Of a stretch of DNA of 64,000 nt, positions 46,687-56,207 are shown piece after piece. The notes beneath the pieces are model-generated. The model was not told the origin of the DNA, made no database searches, and saw only the letters and a list, made by a program, of their open reading frames with translations. Source of the DNA: Ignavibacteriota bacterium (lineage in GTDB: Bacteria > Bacteroidota > Ignavibacteria > UBA10030 > UBA6906); contig CAWDEM010000008.1 of NCBI GenBank assembly GCA_963801355.1, positions 2,656,001 through 2,720,000 on the forward strand, given 5' to 3'. The stretch's first letter is position 1. Every line of letters begins with the position of its first letter. A program made the translations under genes and the position numbers.

Positions 46687-48024
46687 CTACTTCATGAGCA
46701 ACATCTTGTTGATCAAGCGGGCGCCATTCGACGTCAGCGTGTACACGTATGTGCCGGAGGCCAGGCGTGAGGCGTTGAACGTCGTCTTGTATGTGCCCGG
46801 ATTCAGGTTCTCGTTCACCAGTGTCGCGACTTCCTTGCCCAGCATGTCATACACCTTCAACGTGGTGTAGCCGGCCGTGGTCAGGGAGAACTGGATCTCG
46901 GTCGACGGGTTGAATGGGTTCGGGTAGTTCTGCGACAGCGTGTAGCCGCTCGGGATGCCATCGTCGATCGGATCAACGCTGGTCACGGTGCGTTTGAACA
47001 TCTGGATCGCCGCTTTGGCATGGTTGTAGGTTGCCACGTATGCCGTATCTCCGGTCACCGAGAAGGCGATACCGCGTGGACGCGGACCCAGGTCGGACGT
47101 AGTGAGATTGTACGGATACGCACCCCAGTTCCAGCAAATACTGTCTTTTATTGCCTTGGTGGCTACGTCAATGGCATAATGTACACTATGGGTCCACGGC
47201 GGCAGCGTCTTTCCATAGTTGACCGTGTCGACGGGGCCCGCACTGAAATAGAGGTAGCCGTCTTTGGCGTTCCAGCCGATAGATTCTACCTGGCATCCAT
47301 CCGCGATACTGTCTTTCAGCGCGTACGGTCCAAGTGTACCGTTGTCGCTGTGGTGCACGTAGATTTTCTTGAGCGAGTATCCGCACTGGTAGATGTCATT
47401 GCCGTCTTTAGAGACTTCAATGGTCCTCGCATAGCCAGAGACAGTCGCGACCGCGTTGCCGAGGTCTGAGAAATCGGGGCCAAAGATTCTGATCGGATAG
47501 CCGGGAGCGACGTTCCCCGTAATCATCTCGTTGGCGCTTGTGAACGCCGGGGCAGTCAGGCTTCCCGTGAGTCCCACGTGCCCCATGCCGACACCCGTTT
47601 GGTAGTTGAATTTATAGTAGTGACCTTTGCTCGCGGCATCACCGCCGGTGTTGAAATACCCCGAGACAACGACATTTCCGTCGGCATCCGTCCGTGCACC
47701 GCGATGGCTGCCTCCGGAGTTGAAGGTGTCAATCCTTCCCGTCGTGGCGATTGTCTTGATTCGTGAAATTGCAGCTTCCGTTCCATCAGGATTGTATACG
47801 TAGACGGCCACAATTCCTGTGCTTCCAAGCGAATCGCTGTTCGTCCGGCCGAACGGAGTAACCCAGATCTTTCCGACTTTGTCGACAGCAATCCCGTGTA
47901 CGCCGGTGCCGAAGGCAATCGCCGTGTCCGGGAATACTTTGACAAACGTCCACTGCGTGGCGGCCATGCCGACCACGGTGCAGCAGACCGTCAGTATGAG
48001 CGCAACGGTAAAAGCTCTCTTCAT
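46687..48024 (-). CDS. Secreted beta-propeller-like protein with T9SS CTD
   Basis: Signal peptide; HGIAVDKVGKIWV, RPRGIAFS; CTD NYPNPFNPST...KMLLMK; AAGGAGG RBS. Confidence 0.82.
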   Translation of the reverse strand: MKRAFTVALILTVCCTVVGMAATQWTFVKVFPDTAIAFGTGVHGIAVDKVGKIWVTPFGRTNSDSLGSTGIVAVYVYNPDGTEAAISRIKTIATTGRIDTFNSGGSHRGARTDADGNVVVSGYFNTGGDAASKGHYYKFNYQTGVGMGHVGLTGSLTAPAFTSANEMITGNVAPGYPIRIFGPDFSDLGNAVATVSGYARTIEVSKDGNDIYQCGYSLKKIYVHHSDNGTLGPYALKDSIADGCQVESIGWNAKDGYLYFSAGPVDTVNYGKTLPPWTHSVHYAIDVATKAIKDSICWNWGAYPYNLTTSDLGPRPRGIAFSVTGDTAYVATYNHAKAAIQMFKRTVTSVDPIDDGIPSGYTLSQNYPNPFNPSTEIQFSLTTAGYTTLKVYDMLGKEVATLVNENLNPGTYKTTFNASRLASGTYVYTLTSNGARLINKMLLMK

Positions 48025-48136
48025 CGCAACCTCCTTTGTGAATGAACATGGTGGATTGGTACACACAAGCACCTGCGACAACTACATCTGACGCCAACCG
48101 CACTCTCAACGATCGGAGCATCTCCGGGCAGTCCGG

Positions 48137-49357
48137 TTAGGGCAACGTCCGACCGTAGTACGGAGCTCCGTTCTTTTGCGCATTTAACTTCACCGCTGAA
48201 GCGGGTCCCGGAACCGAGGACCGGCTTTGAAACAGGTCGACGCCCTTGCCCCAGGCGAGGGACACCGTTGCACCTTTGATGACACCTGGGTAGTACGCTT
48301 CGCTGGTCTTGTCCGGGTGAACCAACCTGATGCCTTCTGTCCCGTCGGTGCCGACATAGAGGTCACCGTCCGAAGAAAAGGTCAAGGCGTAAACGCCGGA
48401 CCCGCTCGCTCCATACACGGATGAAAGATTGAAGTACTCCTGCTCCGCATCCAGGCTGTCAGTACCGACCACGGGGAATTTCCAGACTTTTTCGAGTGAA
48501 TCTCGTTTCCCGCCTACATACACAGCGCCGTTATAGACGCGGATCGCACGGAGCGTTCCCACGCAGGGAAACGTCTTCACGACCTTCGCCTGGCTGACCC
48601 GGTAGATGTTGCCGTTCGTGCCAGCCGCCCAGATGTTGCCGTTCGCATCGAAATCCAGATCCGACAACTGGCCGAGTCCACCTCCTGACAACCAGATTGC
48701 CGACGCACCGCCGGCCGGGGGAATTCTGAAAATAATCGTTCGCCCGGTGGGAACGCAGAACATTGCCCCGCCGGGGCCGAATCTCATATTCCTCCAACTT
48801 GGCACCGTCGTACCGAAGACCGGCGAGTAGTCACTCTTCACACCGGCAGGCGTAAATTTCTTGACCCCGACGCCGCCAGTTATAGAAATCATCGACACAT
48901 AGAGGTTACCGTCATTGTCGCATTCGACGCCGACGCCTTCCTCACCTGATCCAAAGGTCGCGTACTTTTCGTTTGCGGCAAGTTCCAGCTTATACAGCAC
49001 CGGATCGCTGTAGAGGTCGGACTTGGCCACTGCGACCTTGACAACAATGGAATCCTTCGGCAATGGGGGTGCCGTCACAGTGAGCTGAGTCGCTGTCGAC
49101 GTCAGCACAGGAACTGCGGTCTTGTCGAAGAACAGCAGATTATTGCCGGGCACCGGTGAGAAATTCTGACCGTTGATGGTCAGCGTCGTCACGCCGGCAA
49201 GTGCTCCGGTAGCGGGGACGATGCCCGTGACCTTGGGTTGCGGCCCGCTCACATAGTTGGGATCATAGAGGCTTGCCGGCGGATCCTCCTTGCAGCCCGT
49301 CCAAACGCCCGCAAGCATGACCACGGCCAGCAGCAGAAGAGTAGCTCTTGGTATCAT
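48137..49357 (-). CDS. IPT/TIG-domain lipoprotein with NHL/SMP-30-like beta-propeller
   Basis: Lipobox WTGC; PKVTGIVP...LTINGQNFS; DNDGNLYV, FDANGNIW, FSSDGDLYV repeats. Confidence 0.82.
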   Translation of the reverse strand: MIPRATLLLLAVVMLAGVWTGCKEDPPASLYDPNYVSGPQPKVTGIVPATGALAGVTTLTINGQNFSPVPGNNLLFFDKTAVPVLTSTATQLTVTAPPLPKDSIVVKVAVAKSDLYSDPVLYKLELAANEKYATFGSGEEGVGVECDNDGNLYVSMISITGGVGVKKFTPAGVKSDYSPVFGTTVPSWRNMRFGPGGAMFCVPTGRTIIFRIPPAGGASAIWLSGGGLGQLSDLDFDANGNIWAAGTNGNIYRVSQAKVVKTFPCVGTLRAIRVYNGAVYVGGKRDSLEKVWKFPVVGTDSLDAEQEYFNLSSVYGASGSGVYALTFSSDGDLYVGTDGTEGIRLVHPDKTSEAYYPGVIKGATVSLAWGKGVDLFQSRSSVPGPASAVKLNAQKNGAPYYGRTLP

Positions 49358-49394
49358 AATGAATCCCGTGCGAATTCAGAAAGAATGTGATTTC

Positions 49395-50432
49395 TCAGAA
49401 CGAGAATTTCAGCGCAACTGTGTGGACGTTGTCGAATATGCCGAACGGCGTGTAGGCGTAGTCAACTCCCAGACCGACGGGACCGAGAGCTTTCTGGAGC
49501 CCGACGCCGTACGAGAATTTTTGTTCATCCGCGCGAGAGATGAAGCCCGCGCGCAGAGAGAGAATCTGCATGAACGTATACTCTCCGCCCATCTTTATGC
49601 GTTCGGGGTAGTCCCGCGGATGTTCCGCATCGATGGCCAGCAGGAACTGGTGCATCTCAGTATCGTCGATGATAAAATCGAGCACATTCATGGACACGCC
49701 GACCCTGAACGTCAGGGGAAGCTGGAAGCCTTCATCGATGTAGCGTGCCTCCTTTGAGAAATTCCTCACGACGACACCGAACTGCAGGCTCTTAAAGCCG
49801 GTCTTGTAGGTCATACCGAAATCAAACGCAAACAGCTCCGCCTCGTCATTGCGTGTGAGATAATCTCCGCTCTGCAGCACCTGGATGATGCCGTCGCCAA
49901 GATTCTGGTGCACCCACTTGATGGCCCCGCCGACGGCGAACTTGTCGCTCAGGGCCCGGGCATATCCCACACCGACCATTGTCGATTTCGGGTTGAAGGT
50001 CCCCATATCGATGTACCCGGCGGTGTTGCTGGACCGGATGGTCCCCTGCAGATCCCCGTAGTCCACGGTTTGCACCATGAAGCCGAGTACGCCATATTCC
50101 CCCTGCCAGGGGCTGACCGTAGCGGCGGCAAAATTGTGCTTGATATCCGCAATCCACGTCACCTGGCCGAGAGAGACGTTCGCCAGATCAGTGGTCCGTG
50201 CCATGCCGGAGGGGTTAAAGAACATCGATGCCGCATTGGCTTCAACGGCGGTAAATGCTTCTCCCAACGAAGCTGCCCTCGCATCCACAGCGACGTTCAG
50301 GAATTTCATGCCTGTCTGCGCAAGCTTCTGCTGGCCAAACACTGTGGCAGTCAGGACACAGAGGCCAACGAGAAGGATCGGCACGAAAGTCAGTAGTCTT
50401 CGCATAATAGTCCCAATCCTGTGGTAATTCAT
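49395..50432 (-). CDS. PorV/PorQ (UPF0164) family outer-membrane beta-barrel
   Basis: GMKFLNVAVDARAASLGEA...MFFNPSG; LRAG, DYAY, terminal F. Start is 50432 or 50405. Confidence 0.85.
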   Translation of the reverse strand: MNYHRIGTIMRRLLTFVPILLVGLCVLTATVFGQQKLAQTGMKFLNVAVDARAASLGEAFTAVEANAASMFFNPSGMARTTDLANVSLGQVTWIADIKHNFAAATVSPWQGEYGVLGFMVQTVDYGDLQGTIRSSNTAGYIDMGTFNPKSTMVGVGYARALSDKFAVGGAIKWVHQNLGDGIIQVLQSGDYLTRNDEAELFAFDFGMTYKTGFKSLQFGVVVRNFSKEARYIDEGFQLPLTFRVGVSMNVLDFIIDDTEMHQFLLAIDAEHPRDYPERIKMGGEYTFMQILSLRAGFISRADEQKFSYGVGLQKALGPVGLGVDYAYTPFGIFDNVHTVALKFSF

Positions 50433-50433
50433 A

Positions 50434-52602
50434 TTAGCGTATGATCGACAGTTTGCGGATCGCCCGCTCGCCCGTCTCGAGGTTCTGGAACACAACAATG
50501 TAGATGCCGCTCACCACAACCTGGCGCGACGACGTCACCGACTTCCAGTACGCATCACCGCTCCCGTCCAGGTGATCGAACTCATAAATCAACTCACCCA
50601 GCTCGGAATAAATGCTGATACGGCACTGGCCCGGGATATTGTAGAACGCAATCTTGTCCGGTTCGTCCGGGAAGCGCAGGTCGAGAGCGTTGGAAGAGAG
50701 CACAAACGGATTCGGCACAATGCGGATTGAATCCAGTCCCTGACCCGGAGGACGTTTTGCCTTGAGGTTCGCACCCGTAAATGTCTGCGTGTACACCCGG
50801 TTGCTAAGCAGGGTATCCCGAGGGGTCAATCCGACACCCGTATTGAGTGCCGGATCCCCGATTGTGACAACATAGTAGAAGTAGGAGACACCGCGCAGGG
50901 CAGTGGCATCGTTGAACGCCCGCTCCGCCGGCCCGACCGTTCCGATCGGCACGAAGTCGGCATCATAGCGGCCGGTGGCGCGGTAGATCTTGAACCCTTT
51001 CAGGTTGGGATCACCCGCGTTTGTCACTTCCCATGTCAGTGCAATTGGGTCACCGCTCATGACCGAAAACATACTTGGCGGAACCGGTGCGGCGGGAATC
51101 TTGTAGCCGGTCTTGTAGTTGGCAATGGCACGGCGGAACGTCTGGAAGAGCGAGTCCTTTCCCGTCAGAACCGAGTCATTCTTCTGCTTTGCCGCCCCGG
51201 GAGCCGTAGGACCGAGCTGGTTCGCCTTCCAGGCACGCCCGATCTCGATACAGCGCTCGCGGCTCAACCCGGCCGCCCCCTCAGCGATGACTATATGAAC
51301 GCTCTGCCCGGGTGCCAGTGTATACGGGCCGTACCCGTCAGCATTGGAAAAACCGCCGGCAGAGCCGTTCACGGAATGAGCGTCGTTGAACGAGGGATTT
51401 CCCGTCGGCATGGCGAAATTGCCGGCGGGCTCCACAGCCCACGCATGCCGGCCATAGTGACCGCGCTGTATCCAGTTCGTATATTCGTTCTTGCACTTGT
51501 CACCGTTGAACTCGCTGTTCCCTGAGGTGTTGGTCTCGTCCGAACCTTCCCACGAGGTTGTGCTTGGCTGCGAGAAGTCGTCTGTCGTGTCGGTCGGCGA
51601 CTTGTCCGCGTGGATGGTGACGTGCCCGACAAAATGCGGCGCGCCGATACGGCCCGTGGTGTCGTATGCCTTGTTGTAATACGGGGTCCAGATCGGTCCG
51701 CCTATGTTGTCGTACTGTGTGAACGACGGAAACTTTCCGTGCCAGACGAATTGCGCGCGCATGTGCGGTGCCGAATAGACGCCCGGGATATCCACAGCGT
51801 CATCGGTGTCTGTCGCGCCGGTTGTCGGAAGAATGAATCCGTCGCCACGGACGTCATTCATCGTGTTCATTCCCCAGCTTGTCCCGTTGCCAATGACGTA
51901 GCGTGTGTCGGCACAGGGTGCGAGGCGGTACTGCCAGTAGAAGTAGACCCCGGTCAGCGTCTGCGACGGCATCTCAATTGCCGCGTCGGCGTCCGTATTC
52001 CCGGTATTGGTGAAGACATAGTCGTAGATCATGTAGTTGTCATGGTACTGCTGGCTGAACTGCATGATCTTGCGCGTCATCGTGATGCCGATGGATGTAT
52101 TCACCACATTCACAATCATCCGGTCCGGAACCATTGTGGGGTCGACACGGTTATTGTCGACCGGCTTCCCTTCCGTGGGACTTCCATCCACGCTGATCTC
52201 CGGGGGGGGATACTTGCTTACCATTTCGAACTTGATCGGGATGAACTCGCCGGTGCCCCGCACGCGCGGACCCACATGCACCACCTTGTAGGGCCACGCG
52301 ACATTGTTGGCATCGGTATAGTCTGTTGTGCCGATCCAGAGACTCTTTGCGGCCTGAGCGTCCTGATACGGATACCAGCCCGGCCACTGTAAACCGTCCT
52401 GTTGGTCTGCGCTGGAAGACCGGCCGACTTCAATTTCGCATCCCATACTGGAGTACCAGTTCTGGAGTGAGCCGGCTGCCATCCATTTCACCTCCTGCTG
52501 GGCCAGGGCGTGTGTGCCGCCGGCAATAAGCAGAAACCCGAGGAAGGCGATGACACCGGCGATGTACGTTTCACGACGAGCGTGCTTCATGTGTTTCCTC
52601 AC
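50434..52602 (-). CDS. Large secreted protein with Fn3-like region and atypical T9SS-like CTD
   Basis: Signal peptide; GFKIYRA...YFYYVV; C-terminal IRIVPNPF...ISIYSELGELI...SGIYIVV...KLSIIR. Confidence 0.8.
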   Translation of the reverse strand: MRKHMKHARRETYIAGVIAFLGFLLIAGGTHALAQQEVKWMAAGSLQNWYSSMGCEIEVGRSSSADQQDGLQWPGWYPYQDAQAAKSLWIGTTDYTDANNVAWPYKVVHVGPRVRGTGEFIPIKFEMVSKYPPPEISVDGSPTEGKPVDNNRVDPTMVPDRMIVNVVNTSIGITMTRKIMQFSQQYHDNYMIYDYVFTNTGNTDADAAIEMPSQTLTGVYFYWQYRLAPCADTRYVIGNGTSWGMNTMNDVRGDGFILPTTGATDTDDAVDIPGVYSAPHMRAQFVWHGKFPSFTQYDNIGGPIWTPYYNKAYDTTGRIGAPHFVGHVTIHADKSPTDTTDDFSQPSTTSWEGSDETNTSGNSEFNGDKCKNEYTNWIQRGHYGRHAWAVEPAGNFAMPTGNPSFNDAHSVNGSAGGFSNADGYGPYTLAPGQSVHIVIAEGAAGLSRERCIEIGRAWKANQLGPTAPGAAKQKNDSVLTGKDSLFQTFRRAIANYKTGYKIPAAPVPPSMFSVMSGDPIALTWEVTNAGDPNLKGFKIYRATGRYDADFVPIGTVGPAERAFNDATALRGVSYFYYVVTIGDPALNTGVGLTPRDTLLSNRVYTQTFTGANLKAKRPPGQGLDSIRIVPNPFVLSSNALDLRFPDEPDKIAFYNIPGQCRISIYSELGELIYEFDHLDGSGDAYWKSVTSSRQVVVSGIYIVVFQNLETGERAIRKLSIIR

Positions 52603-52648
52603 GATAACATAATCCTGGTAGTGGCGTCACATCTCACGATGCGCCCGA

Positions 52649-55600
52649 CTAAAGTTCGAACGACATCCGGATACCGAAAAACACCCTGCGGGGGTTCAGG
52701 AACGTGAATGTATCCATGTTCGGCATGTCGATATATGCTTTGTCATCAAGAACCTGTTGCACCCGGCCCTGGTCGACAACCTGCCATGCGCCGTTGACAT
52801 ACTGATAATACTGCTGTGCGTCCACCGCATAGTAAAACGGACGGCTCTCCGGTTTCGGAATGGACTGCATTGCCGCCAGCGTTCTGTACGCAACAATCGG
52901 CTGGAACGCCACGCCGTCTTTCCTGTAGTTCCCCGGGTGATCATCCCCGGAGATATTCACATAACCGACCTGTGTATCCACTTCGGGCGAGAACGCCGCA
53001 AGATGGAGTGACTGCATGTAATCGTTGTAGTCTGTCGACGTGACAAACCCGTATGTCGTCATGTAGCGGTAGTTGAACAGATTCGTCAGATCGGCGTAGA
53101 GCTGGAGATTCATCCGTCCGAACTGGAAGCTCTTCGTAATACGCATATTGACATTCCAGTAATCCGACCACTGGGCGTTGTTCAGCACACCGGGAATCGA
53201 TGCGCCACCCGTCCAGGTCAGATAGTAGCCCGACGACCAGGAGCCCACGAAATTTACGCGCCAGTCGGCAAGTAGGTGTAGGCCGAGCACCGTCGGGCCG
53301 AACTCCTGGGGAGTAAAGAAATCCAGGTTCAGACGGGCGAAGGGGCGTGGGATTGGCTTGTTTTGCTGCGTCGTCGCCGGGTTCGCCAATTCGTACTTCA
53401 GTTGATCGATTTGATTCTGGAAGTACGAATCGATGCCATACCAGCCGCTGGAACGCACATCATACGTGTAATTGATGAAGCCCTGGTACCAGTTTCCCCG
53501 GTTCTTGTAGAGACTCAATTCGAAACCCCGGATGTCGCGGTAGGCATTGCTGGTGTATTGCGAATACTCCACTGTGGACTTGCGGTTAGTGTAGGTGACG
53601 AGGAGCGGCTCATCCGTGATGTCTTTGTAATATGCCGCAACACGCAACAGAAACTCGTCCGCCAGGCTATGCTCGTAGCCCAGCTCGTACGACACTGTCC
53701 GCGGGAGTGGGGCATTGGGGTCTGCGACACGCCGGATGGAGTTGTCGAACCCCGACCGCCGCAATAGGTACATATTGTCCGGTGTCCGCGCCTGATAGAA
53801 ATGTCCGTAGTTGAAATAAAGCTTCGCTTCCTCGGAGATCGGGAAGGAGATGCCAAGGCGCGGGCTGATGTTGAGTTGCTTTTCGACCGGCTGTTGGACC
53901 AGGAGAGTATCAATGCCCGCACTTCCGCTGGAGGAAAAGGCATCTGAGTACGCCCCGTACGAGTACCATGACCCCTGCGGATTGAGATACTCCAGGCGGA
54001 CGCCGAGATCGGCCACCATCCCTTCGAACTCGAGTTTGTCGCGTACGTACAGTGCCCCTTTGAGCGGAAAACGGTGATAGCCGTTGGCAAAGACATTGTC
54101 TTTGAGCATCGCATCATAGAGGCCGTAGCGGATATCCTGATCAGTGTACATCAATTCCACGCCGGCTTTCACCTGATTAGCCTTGTCAAGTTGGCTCGTG
54201 ATGTCAAACTTGGCCGTGTAGAGGGTCACCCGGCTTGTATCCCTCGAGTTGCTGAACCCGACGCCAAAGCGGATGTCGGCAAGTCCGGCCGCAGGCACGG
54301 GCAGCGAATCAAATCCGAACGGCGCTTCGTCAACATAGTATCCGTTGCCGAAGAGATACTTCTTCTCCCTATCCCTCCCACGTCCGGGATACGTATTGTA
54401 TTCCGAGCGGAACATGCTCAGACTGGCGTCATAGTACGTCTTTGCACTCAGCGCATGAGACAGTTTGGCATTCAGCGAGTAATAGTCGGTGTATGTGGGG
54501 CACCAGTAGTCGGTGGCGAAAATGCGCGTGTCGATGTAACTCACACGGTTCATCACCGCACCGATGTCTTCCGGCGACTGAAAGATCCCGGGAGTCCCGC
54601 CGTTGTTGTTGTTCGTTCCACTCGTCCGGCCCATCATGCCTTCGACAGTCAACTTCATGCCGCCGGTGACGTCCGAGGTGATCTTCAACATTCCGTTGTA
54701 GTCCCGCCACGCATTGTCTGACAGAGGGACCAGGTATACCTGCTGCGTCTTGTGGAATGTGGCGAAGAACCGGAGGCCGCCAAATTCATCCACGAGATAG
54801 GGAACGGGGCCACCGAAGGAGAGGTCAACGTCGTAGTCTGCGTCGGTGACTTCCGCTATCTTTCTGCGTTGCCAGAGGAACAATCGTTGGAGGGCTTCCG
54901 GGGTGAGTTCCATTGCAGTGCCGATATTCTTCTTGGCAATAGAGTTCCACCCTTCAAAGGAAGGAAACTGCTTCTGTGTCCATGGATCCCAGTAGGGTAG
55001 GCCCGTGGCGGGATTGGTCGCAGAAGTGCCGACCCAGGCAACTTCATCATCGACATATGGCCGGACCCAGTAGGAATTCTTGTCGTAGATGGAATTCCCG
55101 AAGTGCTTGGGGGTGGCATTGCTGGCGCGCGCCATCAATCCGACGCTGTAGGCGGACTTCCCACCCTCTTTGGTTATCACATTGATCACGCCGGATCGGA
55201 CGTTCCCGTATTCAGCGCTGAAACCGCCGGTTTGCACCTGAATATCCTGAACGGCGAGCAATGACACGGAGGAGTAGGGTGCGTTGGTCCGTTCGTCGCG
55301 CAGCGTCATTCCGTTGACCATGAACGCCGTCTCGGAAATCGTGCCGCCACGAATTTCAAGCCCCTGAATTCCTGCCTGCAACCCGACAGCTCCGGCGACA
55401 GATGTCACCGGGAGCTTCTCGACATCGGCGATTTCGATGTTCGCACGGCTTGCCGCCACGTCGCGTTGCACGACCGGACGTGTCGCGACTATCGTCACTT
55501 CCTCACCCGCGATCGCCTCTTCACCCAGACCGAGATTGAGATCCGTCGTCTGGTCGATATCGACACGCACATTGACCGCAGAGGTGGGTTTGTACCCGAC

Positions 55601-55834
55601 CAGGGCAGCTGTGACTTTGTAACGCCCCGGGGGGATGTTGATGATGGCGAAGTAACCATCGGGATTAGTTGCCGCCCCGAGCGTCGTTCCATCGATGACA
55701 ACGTTGACGCTTGGCAGCGGTTCGCCCGTTCGTGCGTCCCTCACCGTACCGGCGATTTTGCCGGTCGTTCCTGAAAATGCTACAGCAGTGAGAAGGACCA
55801 GGGCGGCGGTGAACAGAGTAACAAACACCCTCAT
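52649..55834 (-). CDS. TonB-dependent receptor with N-terminal carboxypeptidase-regulatory-like domain
   Basis: GTTGKIAGTVRDARTGEPL; plug IRGG...GGFSAEYGNVRSGVIN; SPRLGISFP; terminal PRRVFFGIRMSFEL. Confidence 0.92.
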   Translation of the reverse strand: MRVFVTLFTAALVLLTAVAFSGTTGKIAGTVRDARTGEPLPSVNVVIDGTTLGAATNPDGYFAIINIPPGRYKVTAALVGYKPTSAVNVRVDIDQTTDLNLGLGEEAIAGEEVTIVATRPVVQRDVAASRANIEIADVEKLPVTSVAGAVGLQAGIQGLEIRGGTISETAFMVNGMTLRDERTNAPYSSVSLLAVQDIQVQTGGFSAEYGNVRSGVINVITKEGGKSAYSVGLMARASNATPKHFGNSIYDKNSYWVRPYVDDEVAWVGTSATNPATGLPYWDPWTQKQFPSFEGWNSIAKKNIGTAMELTPEALQRLFLWQRRKIAEVTDADYDVDLSFGGPVPYLVDEFGGLRFFATFHKTQQVYLVPLSDNAWRDYNGMLKITSDVTGGMKLTVEGMMGRTSGTNNNNGGTPGIFQSPEDIGAVMNRVSYIDTRIFATDYWCPTYTDYYSLNAKLSHALSAKTYYDASLSMFRSEYNTYPGRGRDREKKYLFGNGYYVDEAPFGFDSLPVPAAGLADIRFGVGFSNSRDTSRVTLYTAKFDITSQLDKANQVKAGVELMYTDQDIRYGLYDAMLKDNVFANGYHRFPLKGALYVRDKLEFEGMVADLGVRLEYLNPQGSWYSYGAYSDAFSSSGSAGIDTLLVQQPVEKQLNISPRLGISFPISEEAKLYFNYGHFYQARTPDNMYLLRRSGFDNSIRRVADPNAPLPRTVSYELGYEHSLADEFLLRVAAYYKDITDEPLLVTYTNRKSTVEYSQYTSNAYRDIRGFELSLYKNRGNWYQGFINYTYDVRSSGWYGIDSYFQNQIDQLKYELANPATTQQNKPIPRPFARLNLDFFTPQEFGPTVLGLHLLADWRVNFVGSWSSGYYLTWTGGASIPGVLNNAQWSDYWNVNMRITKSFQFGRMNLQLYADLTNLFNYRYMTTYGFVTSTDYNDYMQSLHLAAFSPEVDTQVGYVNISGDDHPGNYRKDGVAFQPIVAYRTLAAMQSIPKPESRPFYYAVDAQQYYQYVNGAWQVVDQGRVQQVLDDKAYIDMPNMDTFTFLNPRRVFFGIRMSFEL

Positions 55835-55956
55835 AGACGCTCCTCAAATGGTAGGATGTTGGTACTAAAATATCAATGAGAACATGCGTGCGGTAGATTG
55901 TCTGCAGGAGGTGTACAACCGGGTTGTCCTGACGCAGACCATCAGTTAATAGTCAA

Positions 55957-55985
55957 ATGATAGTGAACGTGTGCGTAACTGTCAA
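55957..55985 (-). promoter_or_regulatory. Promoter of the leftward TonB receptor operon
   Basis: TTGACA-17 bp-TATCAT on the minus strand. Confidence 0.7.
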
Positions 55986-56049
55986 GGAGAAACGTGCAAA
56001 ACCAGTCGATTCAACAAGTTACGAGTTTGCATTCCTTGAACGAAACACT

Positions 56050-56059
56050 TGCACGTGCA
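56050..56059. promoter_or_regulatory. Palindromic candidate operator TGCACGTGCA
   Basis: Perfect palindrome between divergent promoters; ACGTGCA recurs at 55992 and 58080. Confidence 0.45.
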
Positions 56060-56131
56060 CTCCCACAACGCCTGTTCGAAAACGGTTTGCGCTGTTCAAT
56101 AGGGCACTGAACCCTTTTGAGCCCTTGTGTG

Positions 56132-56160
56132 TTGACACATCCAGAGAGGTTCTGTATATT
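56132..56160 (+). promoter_or_regulatory. Promoter of the rightward locus
   Basis: TTGACA-17 bp-TATATT. Confidence 0.75.
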
Positions 56161-56207
56161 GTTGGTTCAAACAAACCAACCCATCCACCAATCAGCCCGG
56201 AGCACCA

